Positions 1 to 13,000 of a stretch of DNA of 64,000 bases are shown in pieces (within the stretch, counting starts at the first letter, position 1; each line of letters begins with the position of its first letter). The notes beneath the pieces were generated by a model, which worked only from the letters and a program-made list of their open reading frames with translations, searched no databases and was not told the DNA's origin. This stretch comes from Balanoglossus misakiensis (lineage: Eukaryota; Animalia; Hemichordata), in the NCBI GenBank assembly GCA_040954595.2, contig CM082583.2, positions 7,438,849 through 7,502,848 on the forward strand, read 5' to 3'. Made by a program: the position numbers and the translations under genes.

Positions 1-272
1 CTAAAACCTGTGTAGTTGGCCACGACAGCTTATATATAACCAGCAGTTACTGTCAACAATTGAATGTTAGTCCTCACTAAAATTCAAATGTGAACAATGA
101 AAAAGCCTTTTAATTACTCATACACATATTGTCGATGTGTTGAATTTTCATCAAGTAAGATAAGAACCTGTGTTTGTTGCACACACCAAAATAGTGAAAT
201 AATTGCCAAAAGCAAGGAAGATCCGAAAGAAATACACACCAAACACTATTCTCATGGTTCAACAGTCAAACC

Positions 273-278
273 TTTATT
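273..278 (-). terminator. Polyadenylation signal (AATAAA) of RPS6
   Basis: tttatt on + is AATAAA on -, about 50 nt after the stop codon, consistent with the short 3'UTR of ribosomal protein mRNAs. Confidence 0.7.
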
Positions 279-327
279 TAGTAAATGCGTGTGATGTTGC
301 CTTTTTTTGTCTCCATTTACACTGAGT

Positions 328-2056
328 TCATTGCTTTGACTTTGAAGTGGACTCTCTGGTAGAATCTCTTGTTGAAGCGGATCTCTTGCGCTTCAATACT
401 GCCTCACGTTTCTCCTTGGCCCTCTGGGCTAACAATTTGGCGTAATCCGCTGCTTCTTCCTTGCCTTTGAGCGCCCGACGCTTCTTCAGTGCCAAACGAT
501 GACGTTTACGTTGCAGAACAACTGGAGTTACCAGACGCTGAATCTTGGGGGCTTTCGTCTTCTGTGGTTTACCTGCAAAAGTGCAAAAGTAGGGTTTCAT
601 TCTTGCAACTCTCCATTTCTGCTTGTAGCACTGTATATCAAACCCCATCATTCAGTGCATTCGATATCCACCACCTTCAAAAGTCTTCCCAGATGAAGGG
701 TTACTCACCACTTCCTTTCTATCAAACACTGACAGGGATTCTCAGTGGAAACTTTCTCATGAATTTTACTTCAAATCTCCTCAATAATTTCAACTACCAG
801 GTCTTAGTTGTTGGAAAGAGAGTCCTCTATATGACGTCATCTTGTATGAAATACTGGTATTTTCTTACCTTCTTTTTGTGGGAGTGGTCTCCTGACTACA
901 TACTGACGTACATCATCATCTTTGGATAAGTTGAACAGTTTCCTGATTTTGCTGGCTCTCTTGGGTCCCAGGCGACGTGGGATAGTTGTATCTGTCAGGC
1001 CAGGGATTTCTCCATCACCTGTGAAGCCAAACAAATTGAAGATAAAACTAAATTTTCGAAATAAAGTTTTGTTTCTGTTGAAAATGTCTAATGTTGCATG
1101 TGTTTGACAGCATGTTTTATTTTGTGACACTAAATCCCATCGAATTCCAACATACCTTTTTTCACAATAACAAGATTCAGAACTGACAAGTTGGCATCCA
1201 CAATGCATCCACGAACAGACTTGCGGCGACGTTCACCCTTTCTACGAGGGCGGAAGCAGGAATGCCCCTTAGACAACAGGAGTCGTACTCTACCATTAGT
1301 CAGAATACCTTGCTTCATGGGAAACCCCTGTTTGTCGTTGCCACCACTGATCCTTACCACGTAACCCTGGCAACAAATAAAGGTGTTAAAAGTGTGTGTA
1401 CCTACAAATGAAAAAGATGTCTCCACACCAACAACCATCAATAATTTAAAACACTGAGTTTACATAGACTAATCAGTCCTACTCCAAATCATGGAAGTTT
1501 GCATGTTTTGATACGTTTCACTGAACAATCTCTCAAGCCGATTTGTTTTATGGTACAGTAGAAACAACACATTCTAAAACCACACCTTCCATTCATCTCC
1601 AAGGGGTTCAGCTGACACTTCTTGGCTCATACGTTTCTCATAGAACGGACGCAGTTTCTTCTCATCATCCACTTCGATCGTCTTCTGGCAACCAGTTGCC
1701 GGAAAGCTTAAATTAAGCTGCAGGTACGAGAAAAATGATGGAATCAGTTGCGACCGAAGACGTTTCAATCATTATCGAGGTAAACAATGAACCAATACGT
1801 ATTATTCCTTATTTGCATCAAAGTCAAAGTTGTTCAATCAGTGGACATTCACGTTTTCGTGGACGGCGCCATATTGGTTTATATCAACACGGGTGCTCGT
1901 CTGAAATAATCGGAATCATCTGCGATCATGTCGGAAAATTTCAGAGAAAATTGGGTGACAGTGAACAGCGAGGGTATTTGAAATCACGGAACTGTTAATA
2001 TTTCTTTATTTATTACAGTCGTTAAGAGGAAATGTTCCTTGAAATGTTACCTTCAT
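328..2056 (-). CDS. RPS6: 40S ribosomal protein S6 (eS6), 5 coding exons, 247 aa
   Basis: Exons 2051-2056 (ATG AAG), 1586-1717, 1156-1366, 869-1018 and 328-572, all with GT-AG introns, total 744 nt in frame. Translation [14 protein letters not shown]...[20 protein letters not shown]...[17 protein letters not shown]...[11 protein letters not shown]...[21 protein letters not shown] is unmistakable eS6, including the C-terminal Ser cluster. Confidence 0.98.
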
Positions 2057-2088
2057 GGTTGAGTCTAGCTCAAGCCTCAGCCACGAAC

Positions 2089-2098
2089 GAGAAAGAGG
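2089..2098 (-). promoter_or_regulatory. TCT initiator / 5'TOP pyrimidine tract of RPS6
   Basis: Minus strand reads CCTCTTTCTC about 35-40 nt upstream of the RPS6 ATG. It matches the YYCTTTYY TCT motif typical of ribosomal protein genes. Confidence 0.75.
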
Positions 2099-4094
2099 TT
2101 GTGCATATCTCGCGTGGTTCGAACGAGATTAGCGCGAGACTACATTTTCTTCCTTTTTGTTGTGTGGTGGCGCTTTTCAAACCTCATTTCCACGCGTTGA
2201 AGGATGCATGGACCGCATCTATCTTCTCTTTGGGTTCAGTTTCTTTCTGGCCAGAAGTAATGTTTTAGCGTTTCAACCAAAAGAAGTCATGCACACCTAC
2301 TAACTAGGTATGTACTAATCTCCCCCATTTTCAGAAAGACTTTAATGCTTTCTGGAGCAAAACAAATGGGACTGTTGGAGTCGAGTCTTATAGCCTCTAT
2401 TTTTGTGTGTCAGCACTGTGGTATAAGGCGATGGCGATGTTTTACCTGCCCTATACTTGCAAAGCCATATTTTTCATAAAACGACGTCTAATTTTCGTAA
2501 AGCTGAGTATCTGACCTTTACTCTGGTGTGCTGAGTTCACTCGAAACCGGGATTTGGCGGCGTCTCTGTGAGTTTTTATTATTTTTTTGAACTCGTTCTT
2601 GGTATTTTTCCTGAATCCGACGCAGCTGGCCATGACCAGTCGAATGGTTCGATTGGTCCTCACTGTTCGCAGTTGTTGATTGGCTTAAACTGTAATACAG
2701 GTGTTCGTCAGAATGGCGGAACTCATGAGAGTCAGACACAATTGAAGTCACGGGGTCACAGGTCAAACAACTTTGCTGTCGTAGCCATCTACATGTATAT
2801 AGTGTCGTCTTCAGAAACATTGGAATTGTAGGCACACGAATTGAAAAGAAGGTACTATTCACAATATAAACATTGAAAGATGGTGAGGTTCTGTTTCATA
2901 TAATTTCAAGTTAATAGGACGATTAACAAGGGCTGCCGGTCTCTTTTAACTGGGTGCGTAGTTCCTTCGCTTTCCCCGATGACATTCGTATCTGGGATCT
3001 GCATGCACTATTGAATCAAGCGAGATAGGGTTTAATACGCTCTTCAAAAGATCAGAGGCATTTTGACGTTTGTTATAATCCGAAGTATAAACAAATTACG
3101 GCAGGGTTGGAAGGGCTTTGAAAGAGGGGTTTTAAAAAGGTACCTTTCAGAAGATTTGGCTTTTTCATGAATTTTATTTACACACAGATTAACTATATAC
3201 ACGACTAGAAAACAATGAAACCATTCTAAAACTATTAAAACACAAGACATTTCAGACATTAAAGACAATTTATTTTTTCGCTATAGTGAATGTCTTTTCT
3301 GTACAACCGATCGGCTCAGTAATCTATTGAAATTGGAAATGTGGTCCAGCTGCCATGTTGGATTTGATAATGCCCATTATTCGTAAAGATATATTATAAA
3401 ACTAAAAGTCGGTTGGAAAAATTACAAGCATGACGTGAGCATATATCTTATTCCTGGTGACGAACGCTACATATAGTATTACTGAGCCGTGTTCATGTTG
3501 TGGAGAAAGGAGTTTCTACTGGGCCCGAAGGGCCTTGGTCTGTCATTCCAGAAAATGTATAGAAATTTTCCTTCATAAATGTATTCTATAAGAAAACTTA
3601 AAATCGGTGGGAATAGAACATGTTTACGTCTTTGCTTGAACTGATATGAATATTGCACGAAGTCTACATAACATGTATATTTTACAAGTTAAGATACAAG
3701 ATTTATACACAAGTTACATTTATATATATGTACAAGATATATCTCTCACTAGCAAAAAGAATGCGTTGCAAATTTATTTCAGTAGAAGTGTACTTTGCCA
3801 AAACCGATTTTAAAATCGTGTGAAACGTACCTATTGGACCCCCACCCAAAACCCAGTTGTCGAAATAAACGCTTTTTAATTATGTCAGCGCATCGATTGG
3901 TACGCATACTGTATGACACCTGGCGATCGAGATCACTCACTTCACTCACAATGGGCCTTGCAAAAATCAGTTTTCCACATCATTTATTTATATCCCATTC
4001 AATAGTAATGTAAATGTGACAGTGGTTTTAAATTGTATTGCACTACATGAATATTGCCTACTAGGAAAAAAATCGCCTCGTCGTGTTGAATTAT

Positions 4095-7000
4095 TTACTC
4101 AGACACAATACTCAGGGCGCCCACACTCGCCGGTCTATCCTCCGACGTGTTGTGGTAGGTCATTCGCAGCCGGTTGCGGTTGCCGTTGTGTGCGATTAAC
4201 ATCGGGTCGGCCGGTCTGTACGTCGGTGCCGGCTGGGTCTGCGGCGACGATTCGGGCGCGAAATTCTCGGGTGCTTTAGCGGTGACGACCGGAGCCGGAG
4301 TCGTATACTCGAAATCGCCATCTTCCAGGACGGACACCTTCTGTTTTTTCTTCACGTGTCGTTCAATGACCAGGATGATGACGACCACCACGATGACAAG
4401 GACGACTCCACCGGCGAGGGCGCCGACGATTATCCAAACATTCATTCTGTCCGATGAAGCTGAGAGAAGATGTGGACGAAGAAAATAAGAGAAACTTGTT
4501 CAGCATAGACTCATAGGCACTTGTTTCTTGGTATTTTCATGTTCCACTCAATGTATAACTGGGACGAAGTTGAATCCAAAGGGTTCCGTGAAAAATAAAT
4601 GTCAAACAGTGTCTATGTATGCGAGCGTACACGCACACCGGCCTATAGATGCATGCATGCATCCATGCAGACAGGCAGCTAGACAAGCAGACAGACGCAC
4701 ATACATACCTGTGACGGAGACTCCTTGTACCGTTGTAGGTCCCCCTGTTGAAATTGTGGCATAAAAATGACAGAGATTTAATAACAGAGAAAATAAAATT
4801 TTAAATTGTTAAACAGAAATTCGTTACGAGAAAATGTTTAACAGTCATCACCGGCACACTACGTGACAACCGTTGATGCACAGTCCCTCTATGCCCTTAA
4901 AATATCTATCGTTGCCAAGGAAAGATTTGACAAGCTGTAGAGATACAAGATGTGTGCGGGAACAATCTACTTATAAAGCAATAAGATGAACATTTTTGCA
5001 GACCGTATAATAGGAAAGGGGTGCATGCAATGAGTTTGGCACATTGAAAATTGTCGAGGCGTCAACCTCTGATTGAATCTTCGGTGCTGTTGTCTCACAA
5101 GTGGTCTTTGCGCCAATATTTAAGGGGAAATCAAAAGGTGGCAGCAATAGGCACTCGACAATTTTTCACGAAATGTGCAGTTCAAATATTCACATATTTA
5201 TCTGAATAGGTCAAGACGGACAGATAATTTATTTATCGACAGAAAGACTGAGGAAGGAATCATGCACTTATTTTACCGAGAGAGAATCTTACAAACGTGT
5301 TAATATTTATCCACTAAATTAACTACTTTAAGATGTGTTGATTCTTTACTCTTATACGTTCCACTTATAGTCTTTGACGGGAATGTCTGAATACCTGAAT
5401 CTACAGCAGTCGAGTTATCTGTTGCGTTGACAGTTGAAAGCGATACTGTGAAAACAAATGTTTAAACAATACAAAATTGAATACATGCATGTACAATGAA
5501 CTTCTTCCTCCTTGCAACGACCTATCGACCTTTTGATTACAGCGTAAACTGATTGTGAGAATGGTAGTGCATCATTCTTATTTACCATGTATCATTTGCT
5601 ACACACTGCGAGTGGTATTATGCATTGCTTATAAGCAACTAATTTTGGAGCATAAATCATTATTTTTTTTCAACTCTACACAGAAAGAATAATCATTATT
5701 TTGAAGACACTGTAAAGCGTAAGCTCATCTCACCTGTTGTTGGCGAACTGGAAGAGAAGACACTGAATTCTGACAGGTGAGTCACGTGACATTCAACGGT
5801 GGTGCTGTCAATCTCCACTGTGGTGACGCCGTCGGTTGACCATGCACTTGTACCCTCGTCCCAGTACTTACAGGTGTACACTTTAGTGTCGTCCGGACTG
5901 TTGATGGTCAAGTTCATTTTGATGGGGGTGGTCAGACCGGTGATGTTGAGAGTTTCATCTGAAGGGGCGAAAGCATACCACTTTAGTAAAGCAAAATAAG
6001 AAGCATGATGCTTTCGCTTCGACCGGTTGGTCCGTCAAAATACATGAAAGTAAGAAGTGAGGATAAAAGTATTTTTTACCCGAATCTGGATCAGAGAGTT
6101 CCACTGTCACAACATCCGAAGCCCTTGAGTTTTTGTCTTCGTCTGTTGTTGATCTGTAGTCAACGCCGGTGTCGTAGTGTTCGGTTTTGATTGACACACC
6201 AGAGCAGGTGCCACTGTCACAAGTCCAAGCTGCTGTGTACCTATGAATATATTACAGAAATACTTTTTTACGATATCACGAATGATAAAATTGACATATT
6301 GTCAAATTCACTTGAAACTGCAATACTGTAGTGAAGATTTGACTTGCGGTAGGAGATAATTAACCAACAAGAGAACTGTGCCTCAGGTTTCAAGGCCAAC
6401 TTACGTGTTTTGAAGTTCGGATCCGAAGTCAAGTATAGCGCCGCCAGCCGTCGTAAATGTATCGTCGAGGACATCCTTCTCAACGGAGAGAGAGACTCCC
6501 GTGGAGGATATTTGAGTGGCTCCCCCACCTAGAGTCTGACCACGTGTCAGCGACTGCAGGATTTTATTTTGTCCTAGACTGTGTTGACAGTAAAGAGAAA
6601 TATTGGTGCTTGTTTAGTGCTTGTTGAAAAAAGTGTTTGTACAAAGAGTCTAAAACATAACGCCTGACAAGCGATCACACTGAAGAAATAACACTTGCTT
6701 CATACGACTAGCTTGTGAAGAGTACGCACTTTGTCCTAGTTGTTACATATAAAGCATGTATGGTGCAGGTTTTCAAAAGCCTTTGGCATCATATATACGT
6801 ATATATTACCGGCATTTGTCCAACATGGCGGAGTTCCATGCAGGGTCGAGTCCAGTTCCCACGTTCTGAAATTGTTCCAGTAAAATGCGGGCGCTTTCTG
6901 AGTCGATGACGGCATCGGAGTCGGAACTGTAGACGGTGACAGTCTCTTCCATCACGTCTAAAAAGCCGTCTGTAGTTGGAAAAGGACCAGATGTAAGAGA

Positions 7001-10000
7001 AATCGCATTACCAATTGATGAGAACCCAAGTGCCAGTGGGAGTGGACAAACCTTATAAAATTATAGCGAGATTAATTGAATTTGCATTTGGCTCTCACCT
7101 TGATCACCAATATCCAAATCACTGGTGATGAACTGGTTGATTTGATCGATCAAGAGCCGAGCATCGTCTTCATTCACCACGGAACTGCTGAGGACATTCT
7201 GGACGAGAGTCAGCCTGCTTTTCTCATCCGTGGACGAGGTGTCGGCATAGGAACGCTTGCGACGCGCGGAAGAGGTCTTGCCCAAGAGCATGTTTGTGTT
7301 CACCAACGCCTCCAAGTACGCACCTGTACGGCGGATGAGAGACCAAAAAAACGTGAATAACCAACATATACTACAAAAATTAGAATAGATTAAGCATAAA
7401 CTGTTTCGTGCTTATTTACACGGTTTTCTCAAGAGTCTATACTATTTCTACCTTACCTTGATATTCCAGTGGTTCGATCTGGTTACTTCTAAAGTCGGTG
7501 ATGTCGGAAGCACTGAACGAAACTTTGACGGTGACACTGATTTCTATCGAGAATTCGGCGCAGCTGTATTTATCACATACCTGTGGAAAATGAAAATGAA
7601 CGTAAAAATGTTAAAGCTGACCACGGCCACTCCACACACCGTGAGCTGACGCGCTTTACACTGGTGACCCAAGGCACACAGCGGAGATTTACATGATGGT
7701 GGTGATGATGATGACGACGACGACGATGGTGATTTAAACTTTCTGAATATTTAAAACATTACTGGAATCTTTCACTCACTTTAGAAATAAAAGTATTGTT
7801 AGACGATCCATCTCTGGCCGATTTTCCAACTCCAGAGGATGAGGGTTCTGATCCCTTCTTAGTGACTGCTTCCAAATTGTTGTCGTCATCTTTGATGCGG
7901 AAGATCTGGTAGCTCAACGGATACGCATCCTCGTCCGCGACACAGTTCTCCACAAGGTAACTTATCTAAACGAAAATGGGCGAGAGCTAAGTCAGTCGCC
8001 AAAGGCCCCCACACTTCGCTTTCGCAGCAAATAAAAGACAATAGATTGACAAGGTAGGATGCCATCGTGTCAACCGTTCATTCACTCTTTTGTTCTTGTT
8101 ACCATAACGACAGCGGGTAAACAGCGGCAAACAACGCAAAGTGAAACAAACAACGTGATGACTCTCTTATTGTTTATGAATAGCCACCTGCACTAGAGAA
8201 GTGATGGCGCTGCAGGATAAACGGACTACCTTGATTGAACGATAGGGCCACAATGCACTCGTCTGAAGTTACATTTTTAAACAAAGGGAAAATAGGCGGG
8301 GGATAAATACACCACTCGTTACGTCCCTTGGCACAGTCTTATCGAATCCTAATAACCTAAGGGGAGAGACTTTCCTAGTTTGTCAAAGGATTCTTTGTTT
8401 GCTCAGAAGCAGTTTGTGCCGGTTTTCGTGAAATAGTTTACTTTGAAAAGATACAATGGTGCCAAATTACGAAAGGGAAACCGGTCAGCGAAAAAATGTC
8501 ACAAGGGCCTGCAAACACTGAGACCGAGATATACTGCCAGTGGTTTTTACATTTGAAAGGACTTTTGGCCATACCTCTTCCATTTCTGTATAAGAGGCAG
8601 CGCCACCAGCAACCGTGAAGTCGCATGACGTCACACCAGAACGAACGCTGAAGGTAACCTTGGAAACACTGGACTGTCCATCTTGATCAGTGGCTGTCAC
8701 CTGGACGCTGTAGCTTGTTCCTTTCACCAATTGACCTAGTAGTGTGACAAATGATAATGTTGACATGTAAAAATCACGAGAGCACTATTACTGAAAATGA
8801 AGAAGACGATGCTTGTCGGTGGAACCAAATCTTATGTACATTGGTTCTGATGGCAAATCGATTTGATTAGTCTTCAAATGTTTTTGTAGATATGACAAAG
8901 CTATGTCGTATGTAAACGATTAAAGTAATGCGAGTCAGTAATGCCCCAAACCCCCAAAAATATTTCATGTTATGTTAGACAACTGTTGAGTATATCTGAT
9001 TCTGATTGTGACATATTTTAGAGATTTTTGTACATGCAATTATACCGTTCGTGTATGCCAATGTGGAGTTACTATATTATGAGAGTCCGTCTTCACAAAC
9101 CTGCTCTTATGATGGCATTGGAGATAGACCTGGTTCCATCTGGAGATGAAAGTATCCTTGGAACAGTTACAAGGCCACTGGTGTCAGTGAAATTGAAGTA
9201 TCCGTAACCACTATCTGTGTCCACTGACTCGAAGACCACGGAAACGAGAGGCACGGTGTGTTTGATGAAGGCTTTGATTGTGACGATATCAGCCTGGATT
9301 ACCTTGTTGTTGTCGCTGTTCTCAACTTCAACGGATACCTACAAAATGAAAGAAAGCTTGTCCGTGTTTAAACCGACAGGATGTTCTGGAAGACGTTTGC
9401 TGGGTCGAACATATCATCGGTAGTAAACGTATATACGGGCGTCGTTTATCAAAATCAAAGCTATCAGTAATTCTCACCTGTGGCGGGTTACCGGAGACGG
9501 CGGAGATCCTAACACTGGCACTGGCAGATCTGGTGATTTTGGAAATGGTCAGAGTAAACTCGTATGTCTTGTCAGCTCCCATACTCATTGCATCGAAGGA
9601 CAATATGGCGGTGTTGGCGGTCGTTGGAAAAAGTTGTCCTTCTTCGCCAGTCTTGTAGGAATAACAAGCTGAATTGTCGGTTACCTACGAGGAGAAATAT
9701 TTTCAAGACAAGAGACATTTTACAAGAAGTTTGGTTATTCACTCATCAACATTAGCGGAAAAAAACAGTATCTGGACCAACGCCACAGTCGCCAAGGCCA
9801 AAAACAATTCTCATCGGAAACAAAAAACTTGACTGTACCTGCGTGCAAGTCCATGAATAGGTCATGTCCACTGCTACGTTGTCAGGATCTACGGAATATG
9901 ACCCGTCTATTTCCAGATCGCCGCTGTCTCTACCGACGGTCATCTCTGCGCTACCGCGGATGATGGCGACGAGCGGTGTGCTGACGGTTGTGACTTGGAT

Positions 10001-13000
10001 GGAGGCGGTTGCCACCTTGGTCGGTTCGCTGCTTTTGTAGACTTGGACGGTGAACGTGATCACTTCATCTCCTAGACATGAATGTTAATATTTCATTTAG
10101 ACAGAACCATTACTCTTCTCATCGAAATGAGAGATCAGTTAATGATGGTGGAGCGAAGTAAATAGGCAGTGAGTGAGAACGATTGCTTTGATTGAGTCAT
10201 GAATCGCACAAACTGCTTGTTATCTTTCCCAAGTTTCATCATTTTAAAATGTTAATGTGTCTTTTCAAATCAAGAACTGACCTGGTAAACTGTTGGCATC
10301 GACGTACAGCGTCCTCTTGTACATAGTCTTCAAGTTCAGTGGAACTTCCGAGTTATCTACGGACCAGGTAAACTCCGTGGTGCCTGGCGGAACGCATTCC
10401 GAGTAGAAGGTGACCTCTGCGGTTAGGTCAAAGCTGCGAAAAAACGATTGAAAATTTAAGTAATGCAGTACGATTACAAATCAGCCATCGGATACCACAG
10501 CACCTCCGATTGCAGTAGCAGCGACTGTTGTAGAAGTCACTAATGAAGGTATAAAACATCATGATCACGATATTTTCATGGGTATACATACCTGTCAGAG
10601 ACACTTGTCGAAGAAACGTCGACACCCTTTGCAACTATCTTGATTTCCGGCAGCGCCAAAGCAGATCGTTCCACGACATAGTATGCCACATCACTTTCAC
10701 CAAGGAAGTTGGTCACAGTCAGCGAAAAGTTGTATGGTGTGTCTGCATCTATGAGAGCCCCATCGAGTTCCAAATCTGGACCTGAATTCCGGCAAAGGTT
10801 AAAAATGTAAATTTACAAAACAGGGACTGGTTGTGTGAAATCCACATGCAATGCCATTTTATTATACAAAAGATCAATTGTTTCGGATACATTTTTGAAA
10901 CGTCTTATTTTCATCGAGATGGGCAAATAAATCTTACTGTTCAGCCCGGACAGTGCAGATGTGACGTTGGTGGTATTGCCTTCACTTTCGACATCCCAGG
11001 TGTACGTCATAGTTCTTGCGCCACTACCGGTCGATTTGCGTCCATTGATGCGGACATCGCCGCAGCTTGGAATCTTAGGCGATCCAGCCAGGAGGGCTGT
11101 GGGTTGGAGGGCTTGTGCCGGTCCAACCACGGTCACGTTGCCACTTGCTTGGCGGGAATAGTCTTGTTGGAAGGCCGTCACTGCGCCAGATTTCAGTGTG
11201 AGGTCATCGCCTATTGGTAAACGAGAGAAGTTTGGATGGATTTAGTAAGACTTCGAAACTCCAAATTGAATTCGTCTAGAAGGTGTCTTTGATTGTGAGA
11301 TGTAGAAACGTTATGTATGGTTATTATGCTCACCAGGCTCGACGAGTGTTTCTGCCTTTCCGATGATGATGATCAAAGTCTTGGGATGACTGAAGTAACA
11401 TTCGGATCCCACGCCAAGCAGAGCACTGCTGGCGTCATCGAAGATATCGCTGCAGGAACCGAAACCGCTGTAGTCTACACCCAAGTCAAATGTGACCGAA
11501 ATAGAAGCACCTGTTGGCAGAAAATAACAGGAGTCAGTTGCACTGTGATCAGTCAGGTGGTTGACTGAGTAAATGAACTTCAAATTATACAAGCCGTACA
11601 ACAATTCACAGGATTGGCCATAGTCATCGGTGTGAACAGACTCAACTATTATCCCAGAAAAAAAACACACTTTAATCTCCCTGAATGAAATCACGAAGTC
11701 ATCGCATGATCTCGTAATCATTCAAAAGCCAATAAAATGGTCATTTGGTCTGCCTATAAGTGATTGAGCTTGTATCATAGCAAATCATCCACAGAAACTA
11801 GGCTTATAAATAGGCATAGACCTCTGTGGAAATGATGGTCAGACGGGTTCTTTGACCTCTGGAGAATGCCCGGGGCATTGCGAGAATGGTTAATACTCCA
11901 AGGTACGTCACATTCCACCTGGTGGGCCAGTTGTCTTTCGATTTACTGTTCTCAGCATTCAGTCGGTTTTTGCTTCAGGCACGTCGTCATGTTTCTTTGT
12001 ATTTCTCACATTACTGGACCGCAGTTTTGGCTGCATTAAAACACTTCCGCATAAGGGTTCTTATTCAAGACTCACCAAACGGAGATAATGTGTTTTACTG
12101 TCCAGCTACTTCTCAGGGTTAAACTTATTTTGTCTTTGGATGAAACTATCGTGGTTTGGCTAAAAGCAGGTTACTGGAGATGTAGAAATGTCCCGGGTTT
12201 CCTGCAGGAACATTTTCTTTCTCAAGGCTGCTGCATGCAGTATAGCAGGCATTTGCCAGTAGGGATTTTATTGAATTGTGTTTTTGCCAATACAATGAAG
12301 TACAAACAAATTAAGGCAGAAGAAAAGAATCACTGTCTCTCGTCTCTTTGGCAGACACTCCCCTTTTATGACGCAGTTACTTTCACTTACCTGTATTCGA
12401 GAACTGCGCAGACTCCAAAGACGGGGCAACGGAATACACAGTTATGTCAACAGGATTGGCATTTGTATCGCCGAGTCCGGTGTAGCCGTTGACAGACGGC
12501 TTGGCTGACACTCTGCAGGAGATGGACGGCATCGGCACGTCAAATTCCATCTCCTGGTCGGAGATGAACTGACCAGAAACAGACTCCTGGCCGTCTGTGT
12601 AAATGCCTGAAACCAAAAACGCCATTCTTGTCAATCTCTGAACAAAAACAAATGCCTTAATTAATATCCCGCACACCTAATTCTTCTTACACGCAGTCAA
12701 GACAACGAGAAGATTTGGCCAATTTTAATCTACTTACACTACCAACGTGCAACGGCACTTCTTTACATTCTTTGCGTAGCAGACTTTACTAAGATATTGG
12801 GGGACTTAGTATTCTCACCAACAAAAGGGATTTAACTTTTCCTTGTTTGAAATTCACATGTTAATAGATAGTACCGGTACTTACTTCCACTGAGAATCAA
12901 CGTTGGTACAGCGTGTGCGAAGTTTCTCATTTCGCTGAATGCTCCAGCGCTGGCCGTGACAGTGACCGTGATACTTGCAGCGCTGCTGTCGAGATCAGCC

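Noticed and set aside
2440-3260. Possible non-autonomous DNA transposon remnant with hairpin GACCAGTCGAA/TTCGATTGGTC (2634-2658)
   Set aside because: No terminal inverted repeats or TSD could be delimited by eye.
4095-5958. Calling the paralogs PKD1/PKDREJ or adhesion GPCRs
   Set aside because: Only one TM is followed by a stop, with no PLAT, channel or 7TM exons between genes, so no gene symbol was assigned.
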